Below, piece after piece: positions 51,221 through 60,495 of a DNA stretch of 64,000 nt (its first letter is position 1; each line of letters starts with the position of its first letter). Source of the stretch: an uncultured Actinomycetota bacterium (GTDB lineage Bacteria > Actinomycetota > Actinomycetes > JAFAQI01); NCBI GenBank assembly GCA_963770565.1, contig CAVYQE010000001.1, positions 1,376,001-1,440,000 on the forward strand. The letters are read 5' to 3'. Made by a program: the position numbers and the translations under genes. Under the pieces are notes generated by a model. The model was not told where the DNA came from. It worked only from the letters and a program-made list of their open reading frames with translations, and made no database searches.

Positions 51221-52592
51221 ATGGTGAGCTACTGGCTCGATCGCGATCGAGGTGCGGCATCGCCGCACCGGTCACCGTTGAAGGGCGACCAACAGGCCGA
51301 CATCGCCATCATCGGCGGCGGTTTCACCGGGTTGTGGACCGCGATCGAGCTGCTCGAGCGCGCGCAGCCGCTGCGGGTGGTGATCTGTGAGGCCGACGTC
51401 GTGGGGTACGGCGCCTCCGGGCGCAACGGCGGCTTCCTCGACCCGTCGCTCACGCACGGCCTGCTGAACGGGATCCGGCACTTCCCCGACGAGATCGCGC
51501 ATCTCGACGTGCTCGGGGTAGAGAACTACGGCCGGATGTGCAAGGCGTTCGACAACTACGGGATCGACGCCGACTTCGAACCGGTCGGCAACATCGAGGT
51601 GGCGACCCGGGCGCACCAGCTGCCGGATCTGGCCGAGTGGGCCGAGACCGAACAGCAGTACGGGCATCGGGCCGAGGTGCTCGACCAGGCCCAGGCCAGG
51701 GCCCGGCTGAACTCACCGGCCGTGCTCGGCGGGATTCGCCGACCGGATGCCGGCGGCGTGCTCGACCCGGTCAAGCTCTGCCACGGGCTGGCGGCGGCCG
51801 CTGAAGGGCTGAGCGCGGTCATCCACGAGGGCACCCCGGTCACGGCGATCGAGCGGGCCGGGTCGGGGGTCCGGTTGCGCACCCGCGAACGGCACGTTGC
51901 GCTGCGAGCAAGCCGTGCTCGCCACCAACGCCTACAGCGGCCGGGTCCTGCGCCGGACCCGCCGGCACTTCGTGCCGGTCTACGACTACGTCCTGGTCTC
52001 CGACCCGCTCACCGAGGATCAGCGGGCCGCGATCGGCTGGTCCGGTCGCGAGGGGATGTCGGACTCCGGCCACCAGTTCCACTACTTCCGGCTCACCGCG
52101 GACGACCGGATCCTGTGGGGCGGTTACGACGCGGTCTACTACCCGGGCGGACGGGTGGGCCCGCGCTACGACCACCGGCCGGCGACGTACGCGACCCTCG
52201 AGCACAACTTTGCGGCGATGTTCCCGCAGCTGGCTGACCTGAAGTTCCCCTACCGGTGGGGCGGACCGATCGCCACCACGAGTCGGTTCACCCCGGTGTT
52301 CGGGACCGCGATGGGCGGCCGGATCGGCTACGCGCTCGGCTACACCGGGCTGGGTGTCGCGACCACCTGCTTCGCGGCCCGGATCCTCGCCGACATGTTG
52401 TTCGATCCCGGCTCGGACCTGTTGCAGCTGGACTACGTGCGCCGGGCACCGTTTCCGTTCCCGCCCGAGCCGTTGCGGTCCGCGGTGGTCGCGATGACGC
52501 GTCGGGAGATCGCCCGCTCCGACAACCGTGAGGGGCGGCGCGGGCTGTGGTTGCGGATGCTCGACCGGTTCGGGATCGGCTTCGACTCATGA
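51221..52592 (+). CDS. FAD-dependent oxidoreductase (PuuB/OrdL-like), split by a +1 frameshift near 51884-51887
   Basis: [20 protein letters not shown] in the first frame; LATNAY, FHYFRLTADDRILWGG, GYTGLGV, FPPEPLR in the next. Confidence 0.85.
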
Positions 52593-52605
52593 ACTGCTGT
52601 CGACC

Positions 52606-53898
52606 GTGGCGACCTTCCTGTTCTTTCCCGAGGCCGCGTTCGGTCCGACGAACAACTGCGTCGGGATCGGCAACGTCCTCCAACAACGCGGGCATCGGGT
52701 CGTGTTCGTGGTCGAGGAGTCCTTCGCCGGCACCCTCGCGGCGCGCGGCTTCGAGGAGCGGCTGGTCCAGCTGGCGCCGCCGCCCGAGACGCCGCAGGCG
52801 CCGGGACAGTTCTGGAAGGACTTCGTCCGCGACACCTCGCCGATCTTCCGCCGGCCGACGATCGAGGCGCTGGCCGGCTTCGTTCAGCCCACCTTCCAGG
52901 CACTGTGCGACGGCGCGAGGTACGTCGACCAGCGGCTCGCCGAGGTGCTCGACGAGGTCGACCCCGACGTCGTGATCGAGGACAACGTGGTGTCGTTCCC
53001 GGCCATCCTCGCGCGCCGGAAGCCCTGGGTCCGGATCATGTCGTGCAACCCGCTCGAGCTGCCCGACCCGGACCTGCCTCCGGTCTTCTCCGGCTACCCG
53101 ACCGACGACCGCCGCGACTGGGCCGGGTTCCGCGCCGAGGCCGAGCAGGTGCTCGGCCCGCTGCACGCCGAGTTCAACCAGGCCTGCCTCGACCGGGGTG
53201 CGCCCGCGCTGCCGCCCGGTGAGTTCATCCACTCCTCGGCCTGGCTGAATCTCGGGCTGTATCCCTCGGAGCTCGACTACGTGCGCTCGGAGCCGTTGCC
53301 CAACACCTGGCACACCCTGCCGGCGAACGTGCGCGAGAGCGAGTCCGGCTACGAGATTCCCGACCTCGGCGACCCGTCGCTGCCGCTGGTCTACCTCAGC
53401 CTCGGCTCGCTCGGCAGTGCCGACCTGCCGCTCATGCAGCGGCTGGTCGAGCTGCTCGCGCTGACCCGCTGCCGGGTGATCGTCTCCAAGGGCCCGCTGC
53501 ACGACCAGCTCGAACTGCCGGCCGGCATGAGCGGTGCGGAGTACCTGCCCCAGATCGCGGTGCTGCCGCAGGTCGACGCGGTCATCACCCACGGCGGCAA
53601 CAACACGGTCACCGAGTGCCTCTACTTCGGCAAGCCGATGATCGTGCTTCCGTTGTTCTGGGACCAGTTCGACAACGCCCAGCGGGTCCAGGAGTGCGGG
53701 CTCGGCATCCGGCTTCCGACCTACGACGCAAGCGCCGAGGAGTTCACCGCGGCCCTCGACGACGTGCTCACCGAACCGACCCGGCTGGCCCGGCTGGCCG
53801 CGATCTCGGCCGGCTTGCACGCCACCCCGGGCACCGAGCGGGCCGCCGGCCTGCTCCAGGACCTCGTCCAGCGGGGAGATCGGATGGACCACTCGTGA
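52606..53898 (+). CDS. GT1 (UDP-glycosyltransferase/MGT-like) glycosyltransferase
   Basis: LQQRGHRVVF, VYLSLGSLG, YLPQ..VLPQVDAVITHGGNNTVTE..FGKPMIVLPLFWDQFDNA donor-binding signature. Confidence 0.9.
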   Translation: MATFLFFPEAAFGPTNNCVGIGNVLQQRGHRVVFVVEESFAGTLAARGFEERLVQLAPPPETPQAPGQFWKDFVRDTSPIFRRPTIEALAGFVQPTFQALCDGARYVDQRLAEVLDEVDPDVVIEDNVVSFPAILARRKPWVRIMSCNPLELPDPDLPPVFSGYPTDDRRDWAGFRAEAEQVLGPLHAEFNQACLDRGAPALPPGEFIHSSAWLNLGLYPSELDYVRSEPLPNTWHTLPANVRESESGYEIPDLGDPSLPLVYLSLGSLGSADLPLMQRLVELLALTRCRVIVSKGPLHDQLELPAGMSGAEYLPQIAVLPQVDAVITHGGNNTVTECLYFGKPMIVLPLFWDQFDNAQRVQECGLGIRLPTYDASAEEFTAALDDVLTEPTRLARLAAISAGLHATPGTERAAGLLQDLVQRGDRMDHS

Positions 53899-54854
53899 CC
53901 CGAGCGCCTATGTTCGGCCCGGACGTGACCTTCCTCGGGGTCGATCGCTGCGACCTCGCGGACGGCGCGTCGTTCGCCGGCGCCGACATCGTCATCATCG
54001 GCGCGCCGTTCGACAGCGGGACGTCGTACCGGTCGGGAGCCCGGTTCGGCCCGATGGCGATCCGGTCGACCGACTACCTCCCGCACGACGGCTCGCGGCC
54101 GCACCTGGCCCTCGGCGTCGATCCGCTGAAGGACCTGCGGGTGGTCGATGCCGGCGACATCGAGATGCCGCCGACCGAGACCGAGCTCTCGCTCAACCGG
54201 CTCGAGGACGCGGTCTTTGCGGTGGCCGCGGCCGGCGCGATCCCGGTGATCCTCGGCGGCGACCACACGATCGCCTGGCCGGACATCGCGGGCGTCGCCC
54301 GCCACCTCGGCGCCGGCCGAGTGTCGGTGATCCACTTCGACGCGCACGCCGACACCGGCGAGGAGCAGTGGGGATCGCTCTACGGCCACGGCACGCCGAT
54401 GCGCCGGCTGATCGAGAGCGGGTCGGCGCGCGGCGACCGGTTCCTGCAGGTCGGTCTGCGGGGCTACTGGCCCGAGCCGCCGACGCTGGCCTGGATGGCC
54501 GAGCAGGGCATGCGCTGGTTCGAGATGACCGAGGTGGTCGAGCGCGGCCTCGACGCCTGCCTCGACGAGGCCGAAACGGTCGCCCTCGACGACTGCGACG
54601 GCGTCTTCCTCTCGATCGATGTGGACGTCGTCGACCCCGGGATGGCGCCCGGCACCGGAACCCCCGAGCCGGGCGGCCTGACCGGCCGCCAACTGCTCGA
54701 CGCGGTCCGGCGGCTCGCGATCCGGCTGCCGATCGTCGGGATCGACGTCGTGGAGGTGGCGCCCGCCTATGACAGCGCGGACGTCACCGCCATGCTGGCC
54801 AACCGGGTCGTGCTCGAGGTGCTGTCCGGGATCGCGGTCCGCCGCCGGGGTTAG
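53895..54854 (+). CDS. speB: Agmatinase-type ureohydrolase
   Basis: GARFGP, LGGDH, HFDAHAD, HGTP, SIDVDVVDP..APGTGTPEPGG; exact substrate (agmatine or guanidinobutyrate) uncertain. Confidence 0.85.
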   Translation: MTRAPMFGPDVTFLGVDRCDLADGASFAGADIVIIGAPFDSGTSYRSGARFGPMAIRSTDYLPHDGSRPHLALGVDPLKDLRVVDAGDIEMPPTETELSLNRLEDAVFAVAAAGAIPVILGGDHTIAWPDIAGVARHLGAGRVSVIHFDAHADTGEEQWGSLYGHGTPMRRLIESGSARGDRFLQVGLRGYWPEPPTLAWMAEQGMRWFEMTEVVERGLDACLDEAETVALDDCDGVFLSIDVDVVDPGMAPGTGTPEPGGLTGRQLLDAVRRLAIRLPIVGIDVVEVAPAYDSADVTAMLANRVVLEVLSGIAVRRRG

Positions 54855-56563
54855 TGCTCGGCCTCGTCCACGCCCGGGACCGGGGTCGGGCCGGTCGGCT
54901 CGTCGTACTCCGGCGGCACCAGCGGCATGTCGGCCGGGACGTCGTCCCTGCCGATCTGCGGCGGGTAGCCGGCCGGCACGCCGGTGACCTCGGGGACCAG
55001 GGTCGGCGTATGCACGTTCAGCACCTCGCCGCGGAAGAATGCCGGTCGGGCGACTCCGTAGGTCACCATCGCGATCAGGCCGACCAGCCCGGCCCCGACG
55101 ACCAGCACCGCGACACCGCCGACCGCCCAGTGCGGCGGGAACGTCATCTGCCAGCCGGTGAAGCTTGCTTCGGTCGGGTTGTAGTTCTTCGCGTACGGGT
55201 TGAGCCAGTCGAGATAGGCGCTCCAGCCCATCACGATGAACAGGATGACGCCGCCGGTCACCGGGATGATGCCCTGCATGAACAGGTCACGGGTGTTCTT
55301 CGTCAGGGTCTTGCGGTACCACCAGGCGCAGGCGAAACCGGTGGTGCCGTAGTAGAGCGCGATGAAAACGCCGCAGGCGGTCACCGAGTCGCTGATGACC
55401 TGGCCACCCGACAGGTAGTTCATGATCACGTAGAGCACCGCGGAGACCGCGCCCATCGCGACGGTCGAGTTGGTCGGGGTCAGGTGCCGCTTGTGGATCT
55501 TGGCGAACGTGGTCGGGATCGCGCGGTAGACCGCCATCGCCAGCGACGTCCGCGCGGTGGGCAGGATCGTCGTCTGGGTGGACGCCGCGGCCGAGCTCAG
55601 CACCATCAGCAGCAGCAGCTTGACGAAGATGGTGCCGACCGAGGAGTGGCCGAAGACCGCCCGCCCGAGCACGTTGAGCACGTCGTTCGAGTGGTCCGGG
55701 TTGCCGAGACCGATTCCGTGGACTCCGACACCGGCGAAGGACTGCGCAGCCAGGATGACCACCGCGTAGATCGCGAGCAGCAGGACGGTAGAGATCACCG
55801 CCGCGCGCCCAGGGGTGGTCGCCGGGTCCTTGGTCTCCTCGTTGACCGTGACCGCGGTGTCCCAGCCCCAGTAGATGAAGATCATCAGGATCAGGCCGGC
55901 CACGAAGGCCGAGACGCTGGGGATGTTGAACGGGTTGAACCAGCTCCACGACGGGTCGACGTGGGTCGGCCCGGCGTGGCCGGTCCCGACCTTGATCAGG
56001 GCGACCGCGGCGAAGACGATCAGCATGCCGGCCTCGATCGCCAGCAGGCCCTTCTGCATGTTCGCCGAGACCTCGATCCCGCGGTAGCAGATGTAGGTCA
56101 TCAGCGCGATCCAGATCAACCCGACCAGCAGCACCCAGCCACTCGCCGCGTTGTCGCCGATCCCGTTCGCGCCGAACAGCAGGAAGACGTACTGACCGGC
56201 GATCTGGGCCAGGCTGGCCATGATCAGCACGTCGGAGGCGATGATCCCCCAGCCGCCCATGTACCAGCCGGCCCGCGGGCCGAACATCCGGGTGGCCCAG
56301 GTGAAGGTGGTGCCGCAGTCCGGGTCCTGCTTGTTCAGCTCGCTGTAGCCGACCGAGATCATCCACATCGGGATGAAGGCGAGGACCGCCACGACGGCGG
56401 ACTGAAGCCCGACGAAGGCGACGATGAAGCCGAGCGTCGCGGCCAGGCTGTAGGCCGGCGCGGTCGAGGCGACGCCGACGACCACGGTCGACCAGAGGCC
56501 GAGGGTGCCGCCCTTCAGACCCTTGCCGGTCGGCGATTCCGTCGAGGTAACGGTGGCTGACAT
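54851..56563 (-). CDS. APC family amino acid/polyamine permease
   Basis: Multi-TM; GVASTAPAYSL, FIYWGWD..VNEETKDP motifs. Confidence 0.88.
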   Translation of the reverse strand: MSATVTSTESPTGKGLKGGTLGLWSTVVVGVASTAPAYSLAATLGFIVAFVGLQSAVVAVLAFIPMWMISVGYSELNKQDPDCGTTFTWATRMFGPRAGWYMGGWGIIASDVLIMASLAQIAGQYVFLLFGANGIGDNAASGWVLLVGLIWIALMTYICYRGIEVSANMQKGLLAIEAGMLIVFAAVALIKVGTGHAGPTHVDPSWSWFNPFNIPSVSAFVAGLILMIFIYWGWDTAVTVNEETKDPATTPGRAAVISTVLLLAIYAVVILAAQSFAGVGVHGIGLGNPDHSNDVLNVLGRAVFGHSSVGTIFVKLLLLMVLSSAAASTQTTILPTARTSLAMAVYRAIPTTFAKIHKRHLTPTNSTVAMGAVSAVLYVIMNYLSGGQVISDSVTACGVFIALYYGTTGFACAWWYRKTLTKNTRDLFMQGIIPVTGGVILFIVMGWSAYLDWLNPYAKNYNPTEASFTGWQMTFPPHWAVGGVAVLVVGAGLVGLIAMVTYGVARPAFFRGEVLNVHTPTLVPEVTGVPAGYPPQIGRDDVPADMPLVPPEYDEPTGPTPVPGVDEAEH

Positions 56564-56617
56564 CCCATGCCCTCCCAGAGGTGTAGATGAAGGTTCTCGC
56601 ACTAAACGGGGGTCTTG

Positions 56618-56664
56618 GCAAGCGTTTCCGTCGAAAAAGGCCCCTCGAACCTCGTATTCCGTCG
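56618..56664. promoter_or_regulatory. Second pair of probable Lrp/AsnC sites
   Basis: GCAAGCGTTTCCGTCG (56618-56633) matches GCAAGTGAATCCGTCG (45641-45656) at 13/16; second TATTCCGTCG lies 31 bp downstream. Confidence 0.62.
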
Positions 56665-56686
56665 CGGTCGGCGCTAATGTGCGCCA

Positions 56687-57904
56687 ATGCGAGCAGTCAT
56701 CCTCGGGTCGGGCGGGGTCGGCGCCGCGGCCGCCCGGATCGCCAAGAGCCGCGAGTTCCTCACCTCGGTCGTGCTGGCCGACTACGACGAGGAGCGGGCC
56801 AAGTCCGCCGCGGCGGCGACCGGCGACCCGCGGTTCAGCGGGGTGCAGGTCGACGCCAGCGACGCGAGTGCAGTCGCGGAGCTCCTCAAGACCACGAAGG
56901 CCGACGCGGTCCTGAATGCTTGCGACCCCCGCTTCGTGATGCCGATCTTCGACGCCGCGTTCGAGTCCGGTACGACGTACCTGGACATGGCGATGTCGCT
57001 CTCGCACGCCCATCCCGACGAGCCGTACGCGAAGACCGGCGTGATGCTCGGCGACGAGCAGTTCGCGAGAGCGGCCGAGTGGGAGAGCCGCGGCGTGTTC
57101 GCGCTGGCCGGGATCGGCGTCGAGCCCGGCCTCTCGGACATCTTCGCGCGCTATGCCGCCGACCAGCTGTTCTCCTCGATCGACGAGCTCGGGGTGCGCG
57201 ACGGCGCCAACCTGGTGGTCGAGGGCTACGACTTCGCGCCGACCTTCTCGATCTGGACCACGATCGAGGAGTGCCTGAACCCGCCGGTGATCTGGGAGAA
57301 GGGCCGGGGCTGGTTCACCACGCCGCCGTTCAGCGAGCCGGAGGTCTTCGACTTCCCGGAGGGAATCGGCCCGGTCGAGTGCGTCAACGTCGAGCACGAG
57401 GAAGTGCTCCTGATGCCACGCTGGATCGACGCCAACCGGGTCACCTTCAAGTACGGCCTCGGCGACGAGTTCATCAACGTCCTGCGCACGCTGCACAAGC
57501 TCGGCCTCGACTCGATCAAGCCGGTCAACGTCGGCGGCACCTCGGTGTCACCGCGGGACGTCGTCGCGGCCTGCCTGCCCAACCCGGCGACCCTCGGCGA
57601 CCAGATGCGCGGCCGGACCTGCGCCGGCACGCTCGTCACCGGCACCGGTAAGGACGGCAACCCGCGCGAGGTCTACCTCTACCAGGTGGCGGACAACGAG
57701 ACCTGTATGCGCGAGTGGGGCTCCCAGGCGGTGGTGTGGCAGACCGCGGTCAACCCGATCGTGGCGATGGAGCTGATCGACGCGGGCACCTGGTCGGGTG
57801 CCGGCGTACTCGGGCCGGAAGCGCTCGACCCGCAGCCGTTCCTCGACCTGCTGCCCGACTACGGCGCGCCCTGGGGAATGGTCGAGCGCACCCCGCGCGG
57901 CTAA
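56687..57904 (+). CDS. Saccharopine dehydrogenase-family NAD(P) oxidoreductase (carboxy(nor)spermidine dehydrogenase-like)
   Basis: ILGSGGVG Rossmann motif, YLDMA, GIGVEPG, FSIWTTIEE, HEEV, GVLGPEA. Confidence 0.82.
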   Translation: MRAVILGSGGVGAAAARIAKSREFLTSVVLADYDEERAKSAAAATGDPRFSGVQVDASDASAVAELLKTTKADAVLNACDPRFVMPIFDAAFESGTTYLDMAMSLSHAHPDEPYAKTGVMLGDEQFARAAEWESRGVFALAGIGVEPGLSDIFARYAADQLFSSIDELGVRDGANLVVEGYDFAPTFSIWTTIEECLNPPVIWEKGRGWFTTPPFSEPEVFDFPEGIGPVECVNVEHEEVLLMPRWIDANRVTFKYGLGDEFINVLRTLHKLGLDSIKPVNVGGTSVSPRDVVAACLPNPATLGDQMRGRTCAGTLVTGTGKDGNPREVYLYQVADNETCMREWGSQAVVWQTAVNPIVAMELIDAGTWSGAGVLGPEALDPQPFLDLLPDYGAPWGMVERTPRG

Positions 57905-59229
57905 GCCTGCTGGGCGAAGGCCTTCTCGAGCACGCCGAGCGCGTCGTCGAGGAGCTCGTCGGAGATCACCAGCGGCGGCAGGAAGCGCAGCACGTTGCCG
58001 TAGCTGCCCGCGGTAAGGACCAGGACGCCGTCAGCGTGGCAGGCCGCGGCCACCCGCTTCGTCAGGTCGGCGTCCGGGGTGATCCCGTCGGCCTCGACCA
58101 GCTCGATCGCGATCATCGCGCCCCGGCCGCGCACCTCACCGATGGCGGGGTGGCACGCCGCCAGGGCCTGCAGCCGGGCGGTCATCAGCGTGCCGATCGC
58201 CGTGGCCCGCTCGAGCAGGCCGTCCGCCTCGATCGTCTCGATCGCAGCGAGCGCCGCAGCGCATGACAGCGGGTTGCCACCGAACGTGCCGCCGAGCCCG
58301 CCGGCGTGAACCTGGTCGACCAGCTCGGCGCGCGCGGTGACACCCGCGATCGGCAGGCCGCCGCCGAGACCCTTGGCGGTCGCGACGAGGTCGGGCACGA
58401 CGCCCTCGTGCTCGCAGGCGAACCACGCCCCGGTGCGCGCGATCCCGGTCTGCACCTCGTCGGCGACCAGGAGGGCTCCGTTGTCGTGGCACCAGTTGGC
58501 GAGACCGTTCAGCCAGCCTGGCTCCGGCACGATGAACCCGCCCTCGCCGGCGATCGGCTCGACCACGATGCAGGCGATGTTGGTCGCGCCGACGGTCTTG
58601 TCGAGGAAGGCCAGGGTCGAGGCCAGGTCGCCGGTGCCGCGGAAGGGATAGGAGTACTGCGCCCGGTAGACCTCGGGAGCGAACGGGCCGAAGCCCTGCT
58701 TGTAGGGCATCACCTTGCCGGTGAGGCTCATGCCGAGCAGGGTGCGGCCGTGGAAGCCGTGATCGAACGCCACCACCGCGTCGCGCCCGGTGACGTAGCG
58801 GGCGATCTTGACGGTGTTCTCCACCGCTTCCGCGCCGGAGTTGACCAGGTACGACCGCTTGTCGTGGTCTCCCGGCGTCAAGCTGTTGAGCCGCTCGCAG
58901 ACCTCGATGTAGGACTCGTACGGCGTGACCTGGAAGCAGGTGTGGGTGAACCGCTCGACCTGCTCGGTGACCGCACTGACCACGCGGGGCGCGGCCGAGC
59001 CGACCGTCGTGACCGCGATGCCGGCGGCGAGGTCGATGAAGCGGTTGCCGTCGACGTCCTCGACGATGCCGCCCGAGGCGCGCACCGCGAAGACCGGCAG
59101 CGTGGTGCCGACCGCGGTGGGCAGCGCGGCCGAACGGCGGGCCATCAGCGCCTGCGAGTTCGGGCCGGGCACCGCGGTTGCCAGCCGGCGTTGCTGCGGA
59201 AGGGCCTCGGGCGCTGCGGAGTCAGCCAT
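57901..59229 (-). CDS. gabT: 4-aminobutyrate--2-oxoglutarate transaminase
   Basis: [65 protein letters not shown]. Confidence 0.93.
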   Translation of the reverse strand: MADSAAPEALPQQRRLATAVPGPNSQALMARRSAALPTAVGTTLPVFAVRASGGIVEDVDGNRFIDLAAGIAVTTVGSAAPRVVSAVTEQVERFTHTCFQVTPYESYIEVCERLNSLTPGDHDKRSYLVNSGAEAVENTVKIARYVTGRDAVVAFDHGFHGRTLLGMSLTGKVMPYKQGFGPFAPEVYRAQYSYPFRGTGDLASTLAFLDKTVGATNIACIVVEPIAGEGGFIVPEPGWLNGLANWCHDNGALLVADEVQTGIARTGAWFACEHEGVVPDLVATAKGLGGGLPIAGVTARAELVDQVHAGGLGGTFGGNPLSCAAALAAIETIEADGLLERATAIGTLMTARLQALAACHPAIGEVRGRGAMIAIELVEADGITPDADLTKRVAAACHADGVLVLTAGSYGNVLRFLPPLVISDELLDDALGVLEKAFAQQA

Positions 59230-59295
59230 GCGGACGAGGATATCGCCGCTTCTCGTGCTCAGCGATCCCTCAGCCGATCAGCGACAATGGAGCCT

Positions 59296-60495
59296 GTGAC
59301 CCGCGATGTCGTACTGCTCGGGTCGACCGGATCGGTCGGCACCCAGGCGATCGATGTCGTGCGCCGCAACCCGGATCGGTTCCGGGTGGTCGGGATCGCA
59401 GCCGGTGGCGAACGCCCTGATCTGCTTGCCGATCAGGCGCTGGACCTGGGCGTCGAGGTGGTCGGCGTCGCGAAGCCGCAGGCGCTGGAAGACCTCCAGC
59501 TCGCGCTGTATGCGCAGGCGCAACGGCGCGGCTTCAGCCGCGGCGAGTTCACCGTGCCCAAGCTGCTGGCCGGGTCGGATGCGGCCGAGCAGGTGGCCGC
59601 CTGGCCGTGCGACGTCGTCCTGAACGGGATGACCGGGTCGGTCGGACTCGGCCCGACCCTCGCCGCGCTCGACGCCGGCCGGGTCCTCGCGCTGGCCAAC
59701 AAGGAGTCGCTGATCGCCGGCGGGTCGCTGGTCACCTCCCGGGCCCGGCCGGGTCAGATCGTGCCGGTCGACTCCGAGCACTCCGCGATCGCGCAATGCC
59801 TTCGGTCGGGGACGCGTGGCGAGGTCAGGCGCCTGGTGTTGACCGCGAGCGGGGGCCCGTTCCGCGGTAAGACCAGCGACCAGCTACGCGAGGTCACGCT
59901 GGCCGAGGCGCTCGCCCACCCGACCTGGGACATGGGCCCGGTGATCACGGTCAACTCGGCCACCCTGGTCAACAAAGGGCTGGAGCTGATCGAGGCGCAC
60001 TGGCTGTTCGACGTCGACTTCGATGCGATCGACGTGGTCGTCCACCCGCAGTCGGTCGTGCACTCGATGGTCGAGTACGTCGACGGCTCCACGATCGCCC
60101 AGGCCAGCCCGCCGGACATGCACCTGCCGATCGCGCTCGCGCTCGCCTGGCCGGACCGAGTGCCCGACGCCGCGTCGGCGGTGGACTGGACCGCGTCGCC
60201 GACGTGGACCTTCGAGCCGCTGGACAACACGGCGTTCCCGGCGGTTGAGCTCGCCCGTGCGGCCGGCCAGGCCGGCGGTACCGCGCCCGCTGTCTACAAC
60301 GCGGCCAACGAGGAGGCGGTGGCGGCGTTCGTGGCCGGCACGCTGCCGTTCCTCGGGATCGTCGACACGGTGGCCGAGGTGGTCGGCAGCGCGGTGAACC
60401 TCACGAGGGTGACCTCCGCTGCCGAAGTAAAGGAAGCAGAGGACTGGGCCAGGGGCCGGGTCCACGAGCTCGTCGCGAAGGAGACGGCCAGGTGA
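59296..60495 (+). CDS. dxr: 1-deoxy-D-xylulose-5-phosphate reductoisomerase
   Basis: [46 protein letters not shown]. Confidence 0.97.
   Translation: MTRDVVLLGSTGSVGTQAIDVVRRNPDRFRVVGIAAGGERPDLLADQALDLGVEVVGVAKPQALEDLQLALYAQAQRRGFSRGEFTVPKLLAGSDAAEQVAAWPCDVVLNGMTGSVGLGPTLAALDAGRVLALANKESLIAGGSLVTSRARPGQIVPVDSEHSAIAQCLRSGTRGEVRRLVLTASGGPFRGKTSDQLREVTLAEALAHPTWDMGPVITVNSATLVNKGLELIEAHWLFDVDFDAIDVVVHPQSVVHSMVEYVDGSTIAQASPPDMHLPIALALAWPDRVPDAASAVDWTASPTWTFEPLDNTAFPAVELARAAGQAGGTAPAVYNAANEEAVAAFVAGTLPFLGIVDTVAEVVGSAVNLTRVTSAAEVKEAEDWARGRVHELVAKETAR

Noticed and set aside
54851-57496. 881-aa ORF as an enlarged permease
   Set aside because: The hydrophobic APC region begins at ATG 56563; the extension is antisense to the SDH-family gene
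41797-59229. Polyamine island as a recent horizontal acquisition
   Set aside because: Composition looks like the flanks, there are no mobility genes or boundary repeats, and related clusters occur between rlmN and dxr in other actinobacteria
58306-60495. 729-aa Dxr with a long N-terminal extension
   Set aside because: The extension is antisense to gabT; Dxr motifs start at about 59296
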